A stretch of DNA of 64,000 nt from Octopus sinensis (GCF_006345805.1 NC_042998.1:2108001-2172000), one strand, 5' to 3'. Positions 1 to 11,761 are shown, numbered from the stretch's first letter. Program-made: numbers and translations. Notes: generated from the letters alone by a model not told the origin.

Positions 1-330
1 CACATAGAAACTTACAGTCCCAGAGACAGCAGCATCAAACATTGCAGAGACAGAACGGTGAAGGGTAAACATATGAACATGCAAAAACATTCCAACCATG
101 ACACAAACAGAAAGCTAATTCTTTTTCAGAAAGGGATCAGCTGATAAACTCCACTATATAACTAATATACATTTCTGATGCAACAGAGTTAGAAAGTGTG
201 ACCATGAGATACTGAATCCAACTTGCTATTCTATTGTTTAGGAAAATTCAAATGCCTGAGAATATAGAATATTGTTATCAATTCAAGAATAAATTAATTT
301 AAAGAAATACAGATGAGTTTTTTTTAATTA

Positions 331-336
331 TTTATT
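331..336 (-). promoter_or_regulatory. Candidate polyadenylation signal (AATAAA on minus strand) of the epoxide hydrolase gene
   Basis: TTTATT on plus strand about 270 nt past the TAG stop at 603-605; position only, no transcript data. Confidence 0.35.
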
Positions 337-602
337 CCAAAGTCATAAACACAAAATTTATTAGAAAACAAAGTGGATTGTCTAGAGTTGAAAGTCATCT
401 TTACAACAGGATCAATTAGAAGTGTGTGTGTGTGTGTGTGTGTGTGTAACTTTTGCAGCATATTGCATTAGTACACTTTTCAAGTTTCTCACTCAGTAAC
501 AAAAAAAAATCAACATTAGAAAGACTTTGAAGTTACAAAACAAGTCATTTTTGTAAGTATACACGTGATTAATCAGTATTAGAAGTAACTATATTTTGGT
601 AA

Positions 603-859
603 CTAATTAAGAAATTGCCACATGATATTATTAACAATTTCTGGTCGGTCCAGTTGAACAAAATGTGTAGCATCTTCGATGTATTTTATCAAAAGATTAT
701 TAACATATTTACTACATTCTGCAGCCATTTCATGGTTGAGGAAGGCATCTTGCTTTCCCCAAATAATAAGTACTGGCATTTTCAGAATGTTTTTAGATAG
801 TTTTTCCTGTCTATTAAGAAAATTTGCTCTGTAATAGTTGATGGGTCCTGTGATTGCTC
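603..859 (-). CDS. EPHX4: Epoxide hydrolase 3/4-like, last coding exon
   Basis: Acceptor ttttcag at 861-860, phase 1. Encodes (G)AITGPINYYRAN...PVLIIWGKQDAFL...ATHFVQLDRPEIVNNIMWQFLN-stop, with the second lid Tyr (NYYR), acid Asp (WGxxD) and catalytic His. Confidence 0.93.
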
Positions 860-904
860 CTGAAAAGAAAAAGAACACAGATTTAGATTCATTAAGTCAC
901 TGAA

Positions 905-1141
905 GAAAAACCTTTAAATAATGACAATAAAGCATCATTGTTGGTGCCACATATAAGGCATCTGTGTTGGTGCCATATAAAAACCAGCCAGAACTCTCTG
1001 TAATTAGGAAGGGCATCCAGCCATAGAAACCATGCCAAAACAGACAATTGGAGCCTGGGAGCCTGGACAGTTCTTCGGATGGCCAGCTCCTTTCAAACTG
1101 TCCAACCCATGCCTGCATGAAAAATGGACATTAGAGGATGA
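905..1141 (+). mobile_element. Short RTE-3'-end-type repeat (family C), diverged
   Basis: TTAGGAAGGGCATCCAGC...TCCAACCCATGC...GGACATT-GATG, shared with copies at 27590, 28560 and 52300. Confidence 0.7.
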
Positions 1142-1713
1142 TTTTTACTATGAATATCATTTAGCAACCTTAAAAACTTTACCTGTTCAGCAAACTAAGA
1201 AGTGAGAATAGCTAATTGAATACTTACTTGTAAGTAAGTGCTAAGCATAACTCTAGTTTTAGTAAATTAACACAATATATGAGGGTAAAAGCTGTGCATC
1301 TATGTATAACTAATGAATCTAACGTAAGCTTATAAAACTTGGTGCAAGTACTAAAGAATGAGTCTTACTAATACCTGTTAAATATGGTCTAAGTTGCAGA
1401 AAATAATACTATAGCAATGACAAAGTTAAAAATAAATAAAAGTTATATAGTACTAGTGAATACATCAATTACTTGTAACATTGGCCTTTGTAACACCAGA
1501 TTTCTTAGCTAGCAGTTGACTAGATACATAAATACTTATTTCATGTAAAGGTCTGAAGAAAGTCAAATGACCAGATAAAATGTAGTTATAAGATTTTTAG
1601 TAAAGCTGGAGTCCTACATCCAAATAAATTTTGGGTGAAATAAAAAGGAAATAAAAAAAATTGAAAGATAATGTTTACAAATGAAAAGACTAAATTTTAT
1701 ATGAATACACATC

Positions 1714-1939
1714 TTAACCTTTTCATTACCAACCCGGCTGAAACTGGCTCTGGCTCTGAGTACAAATGTCTTGTTTCCATAAGTTTTGAATTAAAACCTT
1801 CCACCAAACTTTAGTCACAATTTATGTTCCTGACACTAGCTTAATGATAACTAAGTTATTTTACTAAATTTGTTATATTTAGAATTAATTGAAAGAAACA
1901 CAGAGCATCCCAAAATAAATACTGTAACGAAAGGGTTAA
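1714..1939 (+). mobile_element. piggyBac-like MITE, family 1
   Basis: TTAA-CCTTTTCATTAC ... GTAACGAAAGGG-TTAA termini; internal sequence shared with 17195-17420 and partial copy from 35737. Confidence 0.75.
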
Positions 1940-2071
1940 TCAATGTAAAGGTTTGATTTTAAAAATATATAAAATACCCAGAAAAGTTATCCTTTTAAAT
2001 CATGAAGATATCATTTATAAAAGCAACGGAAAAAAGTATCAGTCATAGAAGTATTAGAATAAAGTATTTTA

Positions 2072-2107
<36 letters not shown>

Positions 2108-2232
2108 TAATGTGAAAAAATTGAGTGAAATTAAAATCGAAAATTATGCATAAAAATGACTGCTATCATTATCTTTAGAATTCCATGTAGCTTTTCATAA
2201 TCCAGTCAAAATATTCTGACTGATTCGCTCAC

Positions 2233-2393
2233 CTGGCTGGGAAAATGCATATCTGTAAATGTCAATATCATCCTTTGTCATATTTTCACTTCTGACTCCA
2301 ACACGACTGGTGAAAACTCTAGAAAAAGCCTCAAATCTGTTGAGCGAGTACATCCATTCTGGGATATATGGCATTTGGAAGAAAAATATATAC
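2233..2393 (-). CDS. EPHX4: Epoxide hydrolase 3/4-like, coding exon 5
   Basis: ctacag acceptor, GTGAG donor. Encodes (W)YIFFFQMPYIPEWMYSLNRFEAFSRVF...DIDIYRYAFSQP(G), with the first lid Tyr; phases match both neighbours. Confidence 0.93.
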
Positions 2394-2588
2394 CTGTAGC
2401 AAAAGAGGGAGTGGGGTGTAATTAAGACCTTAATTAAAAATGACAATGTTGAATGCGTTGATATTTAATTCAATATTGAACAGCAAATGTATGTTACATT
2501 TAAACAAACTTTGGGTATCAAGAATTTATGAAAGAAAAAGTTGGGAGAACCAACTTTCTACTCTTTGTAACTACATTAGATATTTTGT

Positions 2589-3038
2589 TTAATCTTTTAG
2601 CATTTAAACCAGCCATATCTGGCCAAAATATTCCATCTGTTTTATGTTCAAACTGGCCTGATCTAACCTCTCACACCTACCCTACAATTCAACCAGTATT
2701 TACTCAATCATCTAAAATAATTTACAGCAAATCAATCGTAAATATCTATTATTTAAAATTAACACATTATCAAAGATTTATTTTAGCAAAATTAAATAAA
2801 ACAAATATAATAATAAATAATATTTAATTATTAATACAATGAAAACAACACTATATTTCTAAAACAACTGTAATATTAACAAGAATCATTAATAAACAAA
2901 AATATACAATAACATTCTAAAACTGGACAAGAGCATCATCAAAATCTCAAAGCTATGAGACAATACATGATTAATTCAAGACTATAAGAATAAAAAAGCT
3001 CTACATTTGGCAGAGTAACTAAAATGCTAAAGGGTTAA
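2589..3038 (-). mobile_element. piggyBac-like MITE, family 2, with an internal ~220-bp insertion
   Basis: TTAATCTTTTAGCATTT ... AAATGCTAAAGGGTTAA termini; both halves match the reverse complement of 50842-51069. Confidence 0.6.
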
Positions 3039-3394
3039 ATTGTAAGAAAATATTTTAGAGCAGCATTTCCCAAACATTTTACTCATGAGGAACCCCCAAG
3101 ACATTCTGTTTCATAGAATGATTAAATGTTTATTTCCTTTCTCTTAAATATCACAGAAGATTAAAAAAATCATAAAACTGACAGTAAAATGGTTGACAAT
3201 CCTAAATCTGGTGTCACAAAGAAAGTTTAAGGAATTCATCTTAACCAAGACCTTGTTTTGTCAGAACTTCCTGTTAAGAATTCATATTACCAGTAAAGCG
3301 GCCTTATTACTTATGGAGGCCAGGTTTCCCCTACCTTAGGGAATATACTGTGCAAGTGTAATGGTTTGATGAGAAGGGGCCAGTCAAGATCATT

Positions 3395-3560
3395 GGTCCT
3401 AATACTTGATCAGCATTTTATTTTATCAGCATCTGTAGGGTGAAAGATAAAGTTGACCTCAACAGGATTTGAACTCACAATGCAAAGATTTAGAACGAAT
3501 GGAGCAAAGCATTTAGTACAATTCTCCAGTGATTCTGCCACTTTGCCGTCTTTCTGTGCA
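3395..3560 (-). mobile_element. tRNA-headed SINE family B, diverged
   Basis: Reverse complement of GGCAGA..TTAG...GAGTTCAAAT...GAGGTCAACTTT-CTTTCA. Confidence 0.6.
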
Positions 3561-3739
3561 GGTATAATTAATTATGAATACAATATTAAACAAAAAAAAA
3601 TGACTCAAAAATGCATCTACATACAATTTGCCTACCTATATATATATCAGTATTTGTTGTGGAACCCATAGAAGCTCTTCCCAGGAACTCCATTTCGGAA
3701 AAGCTGCTTTGAAGTGAATAAAAAATGTGATATTCTTAC

Positions 3740-3908
3740 CATGATTTTCTAAGTTGAGAGAAATGGCTCCAAATATGCTTTGAAAAAACTGTTGGATGTG
3801 GGCAGTTCATAATGATTAATTTGGAAACCAAATGAGGATAATTAGCAGCTGTACTCCATGCTACTAGAGCTCCCCAATCATGGCCAACAAGCACACAATC
3901 TTTGTAAC
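3740..3908 (-). CDS. EPHX4: Epoxide hydrolase 3/4-like, coding exon 4 (nucleophile elbow); absent from the ORF track
   Basis: Manual translation: (G)YKDCVLVGHDWGALVAWSTAANYPHLVSKLIIMNCPHPTVFSKHIWSHFSQLRKS(W). GHDWG nucleophile motif; AG/GTAAG boundaries; phases 1 and 2 fit. Confidence 0.93.
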
Positions 3909-4949
3909 CTATAATAATAAATAAAAGATAACTTGTAGGTGTTTAATTTGCCCCATGAATATAAGAAATAATCTTATCAAGTGCAAATTGACACAATGTA
4001 ATGAGAAAATAATGAATTTTTAATAAATCAAAATTAAAATGAAAAGAACAAAAATCATTAGTGTCTTGTCAAGATAGGGAAGGGAGAGAACTTTGAAACT
4101 TAAATTCATTAAAAATTAAATGGGGATGTGTAATGAAAAGGTATCGAAAGGGTTAAGCATGTAATTGAATGCCTTCTAAAGATGACTGGTGTAGTTGTGT
4201 TCTGAATAAAATGTAGTTCATACACTATTACGGTATTCTGTTGACATAGAATGGGTGAATAGGTAATAAGTTTGCTTGTAAACATGAAGGCCCCCAGTTC
4301 AATCTCACTGCCAAGTATTTTGACAAGGTTCCTGTTACTAAATTACCTCAGCTCAACCCTAGCCTAATGAGTGAAACTGATTGGAGGGAAACTGTGAAGA
4401 AGCCCATCTTAGTAACTGTATTTCAAAAATACAGAGTTGTCACATACTGTGTCATGCTAATTCTTCCTGTTGATTATACAAATGGTACACATGTCTGTGG
4501 AATACTCAGCCACTTACATGCTTATTCAATGAGCAGGTAACTTAGTTGACTGATCAACTGAGTCTTCATTGTTAAAACTAATGGAGATACATCACCTCAC
4601 ATAATTTACATACTTTTACTGATACATAATATGCTTGTGAATGATAAAATATGGTGACAGTTTCAAGATTTGAACTCTGAAATGGTACTATCAGTAATAA
4701 CTACTGACCTATTCGCTTTATCTGAAAGTCTAAAATTACAAATCTAACTTTGAGCTGGGGTTGGAATGGAGTATAATTTCTAAAATATATTTTTCCAGGA
4801 GAACTTTGGTTGAAATGTAAAGTTGTTAGTGCATTTATTAACTGTTGAAATCTTAAAAAAAAAACAATCTTAATTTAAAGAATTATCTATACCATACTGA
4901 AAAATTTAATACAAGTAAATAAACATATTTAATTTAACTTAGATTGAAA

Positions 4950-6883
4950 TACCATAAATACTTGAGTAATAGTTGATCTCATGTAAAAGTTGACCCCCTA
5001 TTTTTGGCCAAAATATTGGGTATTTTTCATAGACCCCGTATAAAAGTTGATCCTAGTATTTCACAAACAACAGGACAACACTTGTGGGTCAATGTACCAT
5101 ATTATCCTGTATGTAGAAACAACACTGTTTCAAAATTGTGTGGCTACCTTACTGTAGCCTGCTCTATAGGTGGAATGCTTGGTGCTTATAGTAAAACACC
5201 ATTTAATAGCGAGCACTATACATCTGATGATGGGTGCTACATCACCATTACTAAAATGTATGCACAGGATATGCTGCAAGCCTGCACACATCTTCAAGCA
5301 CAATAAACACATGCATCATACATTCGTTTACATGGCGAGAAATGTGTTTTACAGACAGCATTACTGGCAAATGCCAGTCTGAATTCATACAAAGGCATGA
5401 CTTTGGTAAGCCTAAAAGCATTCAATTAATTGCTAGATCAGTGGTTTCCATGCAACCTTTATATTTTCCTCATCTCCAGATACAATAAAGACTTGTCTGT
5501 TTACATGATGAGAAACATATTTCACAGGCTGCACTATTGGCAAACAACAGCAAACACCACTGCAGGAATTCGTACGGAGGCATGACTTTGGTAAGCCTGA
5601 AAACATTTAGTTATTTGCTAGATCAATGGTTCCCAACTTTTTTTTTTTTTGCCACAGAATCCTTTGACATTATTTTTAAAAATGTGGAACCTCTGATAAC
5701 TTTCAAGGAATCCTGGGGTTTTGCAAAACACACTTTGGGAATCCCTGCTCCTGATTAACAACTCTACACTATAGTACAGACATTTACTGGTAACTGCACA
5801 CGACATCCTAAAACTTTTTTGGCAGAGTTCTGATCAAAGCATGCACTAAAACTCCTCATAACTTTATTTTTATGAATTTTCACAAAATTTATTTAAAAAA
5901 GATTTTTTTTTTGGATAATCTGAAAAAAAAAGTGCAGGAGTGGTTCAGTCCCACTGCATGGCACCTTGGGCAAGTGTCTTCTACTATAACCTCGGGCCAA
6001 TCAAAGCCTTGTGAGTGGATTTGGTAGACAGAAACTGAAAAAAACCCATCGTATATATGTATATATATGTGTGTGTGTGTGTGTGTTTGTGTGTCTGTGT
6101 TTGTCCCCTCCAACATTACTTGACAACCAATGCTGGTGTGTTTACGTCCCTATAACTTAGCAGTTTGGCAAAAGAGACCAATAGAATAAGTACTAGGCTT
6201 CCAAAGAATAAGTCCTGGGGTCGATTTGCTTGACTAAAGGCGGTGCACCAGCATGGCCACAAGTCACCTGACTGAAGCAAGTAAAAGAGTAATCATTAAT
6301 TCCATTACGCAGAAGACAGAATCAGAAAATATTTTGTGAAAATTCGTAAAAATAAAAAAAAAAAGTTATGAGGGGTTTTAGTACTTGCTTCAATCAGAAC
6401 TCTGCCCCTTTTTTTTCATCTCTGTTGGGAACAACATATACACATCCCACAACACACTGTTTACCCTATGATGTGAAACACGCCGAGTAGGTATCGGCTG
6501 TATGCACTATATTACGGTAGGCATGCTAGTACCAGGTAGAAATGCTACCAGTGGTAATATAACATGATTATGAGATATAAATTGATTTCACTCAGCTAAT
6601 CTGATAAGTTTGATGGATACAAATAAAAGAGAAAGTGTAAATATCTATAATAACTTTGAGGTCTTCTTTATGGGTTTTGCTATTTACTAGAATATGTGTT
6701 TTGATGCATAGAATTGGTAATATTACTGTAGATCAGTTGGGCTTTTGCTGCTGATACAGTACTTTGGATTCTAGCTTGAATTTCACCCCTTCAAAAGTAG
6801 TAACCATGTAATAGTCGATCCCATAAATTTGACCTTAAAAAAATGGTCTAAAAAATTCAACTTTTACATGAGTATATATGGCA
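4950..6883. mobile_element. Non-autonomous Tc1/pogo-like DNA transposon with nested insertions
   Basis: Left end TACCATAAATACTTGAGTAATAGTTGA vs reverse complement of right end TGCCATATATACTCATGTAAAAGTTGA (21/27 identical); subterminal AAGTTGACCC/TCGACC-type motifs. Confidence 0.6.
5932..6290 (+). mobile_element. tRNA-headed SINE family A, head partly deleted
   Basis: GGTTCAGTCCC B-box, GGATTTGGTAGAC-GAAACTGAAA core, internal (TA)n(TG)n, GACTGAA-CAAGTAAAAGAG tail. Confidence 0.9.
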
Positions 6884-7145
6884 ATCCTTTCAATTCTAGG
6901 CACAATTCCAGTAATTTGGTCAAAGGGTTAGTTGATTACATTGACTTCAGTAATTGATTGGTACTTATTTTATTAACCACGAAAGAATTAAAGGCAAAGT
7001 TGACTTCAGCAGAATTTGAACTCATAACATAGGGCAGAGAAATGCTGCTTTGCGTTTTGTCCATCTTGCTAATGATTCTGCCAGCTCACCATCTTAACTT
7101 AAATTGAAATAATAGCAAGAAAATTAGTCTTTAGCTGGAACCTAC

Positions 7146-7258
7146 CAAGTGTTTGAATAACTTCAGACACATCAGCAGACAGTTTTTCAAATGTGAAATC
7201 CTTCTTATCAGTAAATTTGGAAGAGAGTGAATATCCCCTTTGATCAAAAGCAACAACT
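7146..7258 (-). CDS. EPHX4: Epoxide hydrolase 3/4-like, coding exon 3; absent from the ORF track
   Basis: Manual translation: (R)VVAFDQRGYSLSSKFTDKKDFTFEKLSADVSEVIQTL(G), with the VVAxDxRGY motif; tttcag acceptor, GTAGG donor. Confidence 0.92.
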
Positions 7259-7349
7259 CTGAAATGGAAAGTCATATCAGTTGAGAAAATATTTAATATT
7301 CACTGAGTAAATCTAACAATATATTTACTTTATTGACCAGACTATTAGA

Positions 7350-7800
7350 CTATCACACAGTGCTTGTCACAATGCATTCTCCATTGTCTTTGAGTGGTCT
7401 GGATAGTTCCACCTGTTGTTTGTGAATCTTGCGACAATTTCCAGTCCAGTGAAGATTGTGCTTTTGTTATTCCATTGTCTCTTCATTCACTCCACTCTAT
7501 TCACAAATTACCTGGTTCCAGATATGCTCCTACAATGATATCCCCAATATGGATCTTTCTGTGGTCACCTGTATCATAGCCATCCACTGTTCCTTCTCCT
7601 GGGCAGTAGTCCATATCCCACTTGCATATAAAAGTGCAGGTAGAATGGTACAATTAAAGAGATAGCTACACAAGGTTTTGTCCAGATGTGCTTTGAACAC
7701 ATATTTAATCAGGGCAAATACCTTCCACTCTGCTCTTATCCTGAATGAGAGTTCAGCATTATTGTCTCAGCATAAATCTACTGCCAGTCCACCTTCACCT
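7350..7800 (-). mobile_element. RTE-clade LINE fragment, post-RT region
   Basis: Manual translation ELSFRIRAEWKVF...YLFNCTILPALLYASGIWTT...QVTTER resembles RTE 'EI.RRI.AGW.AF...LFN..VLP.L.YG.ETW'. Confidence 0.7.
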
Positions 7801-8039
7801 CCCCAATTTCATCTCTTCCCACCCACTGTGCCCTGCACATTTACTCTCATTGGCATTGAAAAGAAAGAGACAGAAAGATGCTATCATAAGCTGTGGAGGC
7901 TGTGGATAATGCATGAGAGAAAGAGAATCTTTCTAGAGTAATGCCAACAGAGATCTGTCATTCCAGTTGACAAAATCCTGATACAAAAAGCAATTAAGAA
8001 TATAAAGGAAGGAAAGGCTCTTGGTCATTCAGGAATACC

Positions 8040-8900
8040 AATGAGAATTGGGAAGACTTTCATTGTAGTGTCATCAATGTGTGGCAGGCATATGACAATG
8101 GCCAAGTATTCATCAGCCTGAGAAAGGCATTCTCAAGCTATCTTGCTCTGTGGTTTGGTGGTCACTGAGGTAGCTAGGAGTAGATGAATGGTTTGTAAGA
8201 GCCACACAAACAATGTATAGAGGTGGAATCAAGAAGATAACAGTCAACAATGGGTACAGCAATGAAATTTGTATACATGTAGGGATTCCTCAAGGCTCAA
8301 TTCTGAGTCCCTTTCAATTTATTATACACAGGACTTTCATATGAATTCACAGTGAGAATGCCTATATGCTGATGACCCAGTTCTTACAGCTAAAACAGTA
8401 GTTGAATGAGAGAGAAGATACTAGAAGTGGAGGCAAAACCTAGAATCATGAGGCCTTGTCCTTGCTTGATATACAGAAAGGATATAGCTAACAATTCCTT
8501 AGAGTGAGGACTTTATAAACTGTGAATATACAAGAGATATAGTGGAATTGCAGGCAGGCTTACAGAGAAAACAGACTTTGTGTGAAGCAGATGCACTGAA
8601 GTAATAAACAGTAAAAGAAGACAGGAAAATGTTCTTCTTCAATGTGGGATGGTTTCCTAGAAAATAGTTAATTGCTTCTGTTATCAAGGTAATCTAATAA
8701 GCATATTAACGGATGTTCCAAAGGGTATAACAGTGATGGTAAGAATGTGCTAGAGAATGTTCAGGGAGCTTTTATCTCTGTTGGTGTCGTAAAGGATATC
8801 TCTCTCAAAGTGAAAAGTAGTTTGTATGATACATGGGTATGAACTGCAAGGCTGTATGGCAGTGAGACAGAGACCTTAAATGTTGAGGATTTGTAAATTG
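8040..8900 (+). mobile_element. RTE-clade LINE reverse-transcriptase fragment, degenerate
   Basis: GGGATTCCTCAAGGCTCAATTCTGAGTCCC (G.PQGS.LSP), CTATATGCTGATGAC (LYADD), then a ...SLKVKSSLYD...LYGSET-like segment; many stops. Confidence 0.7.
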
Positions 8901-9668
8901 ATAATTATTTACATACAATAAGTTGAGACAACTTGTTGTATGCTAGCTGTTGACGAAAGTGTAGTAAAAAAAAGACATTAACTGATAACACCATTGTCCC
9001 TACACTAGAGAGAGACAAAAATAATAAGAAAAATAGCCAGGAATGTCAACAGCATAAAAGAAGAAACTGTGTCAACAGTAAGCATGCCTAAAGAACTTTT
9101 TCTGATTTTGCTATGCATTACACATTCAAACTGGTTTGGTTTTTTTATTGGTAGTTCATACTTTATAGCTTTCAACATTAAACTTGTTTAGAAAAATTTA
9201 CAAACTTGTGGTAGGCTAGGCTGTTTGGGGTACAGAGATCCCTTTTTTTCCATACAATGACAAGCTCTATTTCATTGCAAGACACTTTGGGACAACCAAC
9301 GATCTCTGAGTGTGAAATTGGTAGATGGAAGCTGTATGGAAGCCTCTGTGTGTGTGTGTGTATATAATTAACATCTTTATAAATGTAAATAAAGACACAC
9401 AAAAAGCATTGGGCAGAAAACACAAGGATTCCTTGCAAATTGTCCTGCAGCTTGATACTTTGAAAGACAAGTGGAATAAAAATTGTAATACATGAAAAAC
9501 AAGTAAAGATTAAAAACAGGAAGGACATCTGGATGTAAAACAATATCTCAATATGTATTTGTCAAACCATTATAAGCTTGAAAAACAGAAGTAAAAATGA
9601 ACGAACAAATGATAACATGAAAACTGAGAAAATATAAAACTTTTCGAGGGAGAAATTTATTAGTTCAA

Positions 9669-10494
9669 ATCTTTTCTAAAAGATGGACAGAATTTTCTAG
9701 TTAACTAAACAATTTGAAACTTCGTATACTGGTAGAATGTGTCAAAGGAAAACATTAAAATTTCAACTAGATTTTTTGAGAAAATTGTATTTTGTAACTT
9801 TTACGTAGTTTAATTCTTCGAATTTTAACCAATTTGACCTAAATCCATTTGCTGCGTCTAAGTAAAAACACACACATACACACACGCACACGTGCTATTC
9901 ACCCATCACTCCTGTCTTCTGCAGGTGCTAGAAATAACAGCTATATCTCTTAAATAGATGGATTTCGTCGCCCAATAAAAATATTAACGATATTTTTGGA
10001 CTTTTAAAACATGTTCCTATTCGTTCCGCTTTCGCAGGACATCTAGAAAATTCTGTCCATCTTTTAGAAAAGATCCGAAATAACAAGACAATGCGTGGAA
10101 ACCGCAAAAAAAATTGATGTCCTGCGAAAGCGGAACGAATAGGAACATGTTTTAAAAGTCCAAAAATATCGTTTATATTTTTATTGGGCGACGAAATTCA
10201 TCGATTTAAGAGATATAGCTGTTATTTCTAGCACCTGCAGAAGACAGGAGTGATGGGTGAATAGCACGTGTGCGTGTGTGTGTGTGTGGTGTGCTGTTTA
10301 CTTAGACGCAGCAAATGGATTTAGGTCAAATTTGTTAAAATTCGAAGAATTAAACTACGTAAAAGTTACAAAATACAATTTTCTCAAAAAATCTAGTTGA
10401 AATTAATGTTTTCTTTTGACACATTCTACCAGTATACGAAGTTTCAAATTGTTTAGTTAACTAGAAAATTCTGTCCATCTTTTAGAAAAGATCC
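9669..10494. repeat. Long inverted repeat: arms 9669-10043 and 10116-10492, 72-nt spacer
   Basis: Arms are near-identical reverse complements; the 34-mer CTAGAAAATTCTGTCCATCTTTTAGAAAAGATCC occurs as a direct repeat at 10043-10076 and 10461-10494. Confidence 0.95.
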
Positions 10495-10631
10495 TAAAAT
10501 ATATACAAAATGGTATATAAGTATAATGAAATTTTAATTTCTATTTTTTATCAGCAAAAATGTGAAACAAATCTGATGATGTTTTTAAATTAAGATTTTA
10601 TAATTACAGGTGAAGTAAGCCAGAGTCTTAC

Positions 10632-10731
10632 CTGTAATTTTTACTGAACTCAACTATTTGATAGCGCCAGGAATACCAACCATGAAGCGCACAATAATAA
10701 CTTGTAAACACCCCAAAGTTACTAAATAAAA
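10632..10731 (-). CDS. EPHX4: Epoxide hydrolase 3/4-like, coding exon 2; 3' half clear, 5' boundary uncertain or damaged
   Basis: Encodes ...LHGWYSWRYQIVEFSKNY(R) with a GTAAG donor at 10631, matching EPHX4-type WYSWRYQ. The expected FPEF is missing and no phase-0 in-frame AG was found. Confidence 0.65.
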
Positions 10732-10973
10732 CTAAAAATCGGTTGGAGACTTAGCAGGAGCCAGTAGAGTAAATAGCAGAAAAAAAAAGGAGAGGGAGGG
10801 CTCACGAGAATTTCGCAAAACATCAGATGATTTCTCCTCGGGCACCAACAAGCCTCACGTTTTAGTTTTTATTCAAATTTCAATGAACATATGATATTGT
10901 CTAAATCGTATTTTCTAATATACACAATAAAGCAGCGTATCAGGAGTTGTTCAAAAGTAAAAGTGTAACTTAC

Positions 10974-11189
10974 ACTGAGTGACAGAAACCCGTGGGTCCC
11001 GAGTTCTTCATCATTCCATTGAGGTGGAGGAGCTTTAAAGATTGGACCCCGCCTGAAGTTGAATACGCCGAAAATACTGAACGGGTTTATGATGAAAGAT
11101 AGAATCAGTCTCCCTATCGCAAAACACGTATAAAAGAAGGTTAAAAAATGAGTAATGACAACCCAGGATATTTCATAAATAATCGACAT
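10974..11189 (-). CDS. EPHX4: Epoxide hydrolase 3/4-like, first coding exon (signal anchor plus PP..W.D..LGTH motif)
   Basis: MSIIYEISWVVITHFLTFFYTCFAIGRLILSFIINPFSIFG...KAPPPQWNDEELGTHGFLSLS then GTAAGT; resembles EPHX4 'HPPACLSDPSLGTH'. Confidence 0.85.
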
Positions 11190-11546
11190 TTTAAGTAACT
11201 GATATGAAGAAAAGAAACTCCGGTAGCTTTTAACTAAAAACAAGATCAAAGTCCGTTCGTGCAGAAAGCAGTGACAGCTGCTGTGAGGGAGTTTTATGCT
11301 CTTCTCTCAGAGACGCAATACTTTTGACACCACTTCTGACTTGGTAGGAAGTTCAACTGAAACAAAAGTTGCATCAGAATTTAATTAGAAAGAAACAAAG
11401 GAAATGGAAAAAAGGTGCGGGGGGGAGGCGAAACAGCAGAAGATGGTGGGGTGGGGGAGTAACAGGCTCTTTATATTGTAATAGTAATAAATTCCTTTAC
11501 ATAACTGTTATCTAAACAGAGAAAATATCATTACACCATTATATAA

Positions 11547-11761
11547 GGTGGAGAGCTGGCAGGATCGCTAGCACGCCGGGCAAAATGCTTAGCGGCATTT
11601 CGACCGTCTTTACATTCTGAGTTCGAATTCCGCCGAGGTCGACTTCACCTTTCATCCTTCCAGGATCGATAAAATAAGTACCAGTTGAACACTAGGGCCA
11701 ATGTAATTAACTTATCCCCTCCCCGATTTGGCTGGCCTTGCGCCAAAATTCGAAATTATAT
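11547..11761 (+). mobile_element. SINE family B with a 16-bp target-site duplication
   Basis: TSD TTACACCATTATATAA at 11531-11546 and 11762-11777; tRNA-like A/B boxes; GAGGTCGACTT..CCTTTCATCC core. Confidence 0.9.

Noticed and set aside
897-1118. 73-aa ORF next to the last hydrolase exon as an extra exon
   Set aside because: It is the antisense reading of a family C repeat; exon 5 joins the last exon in frame without it
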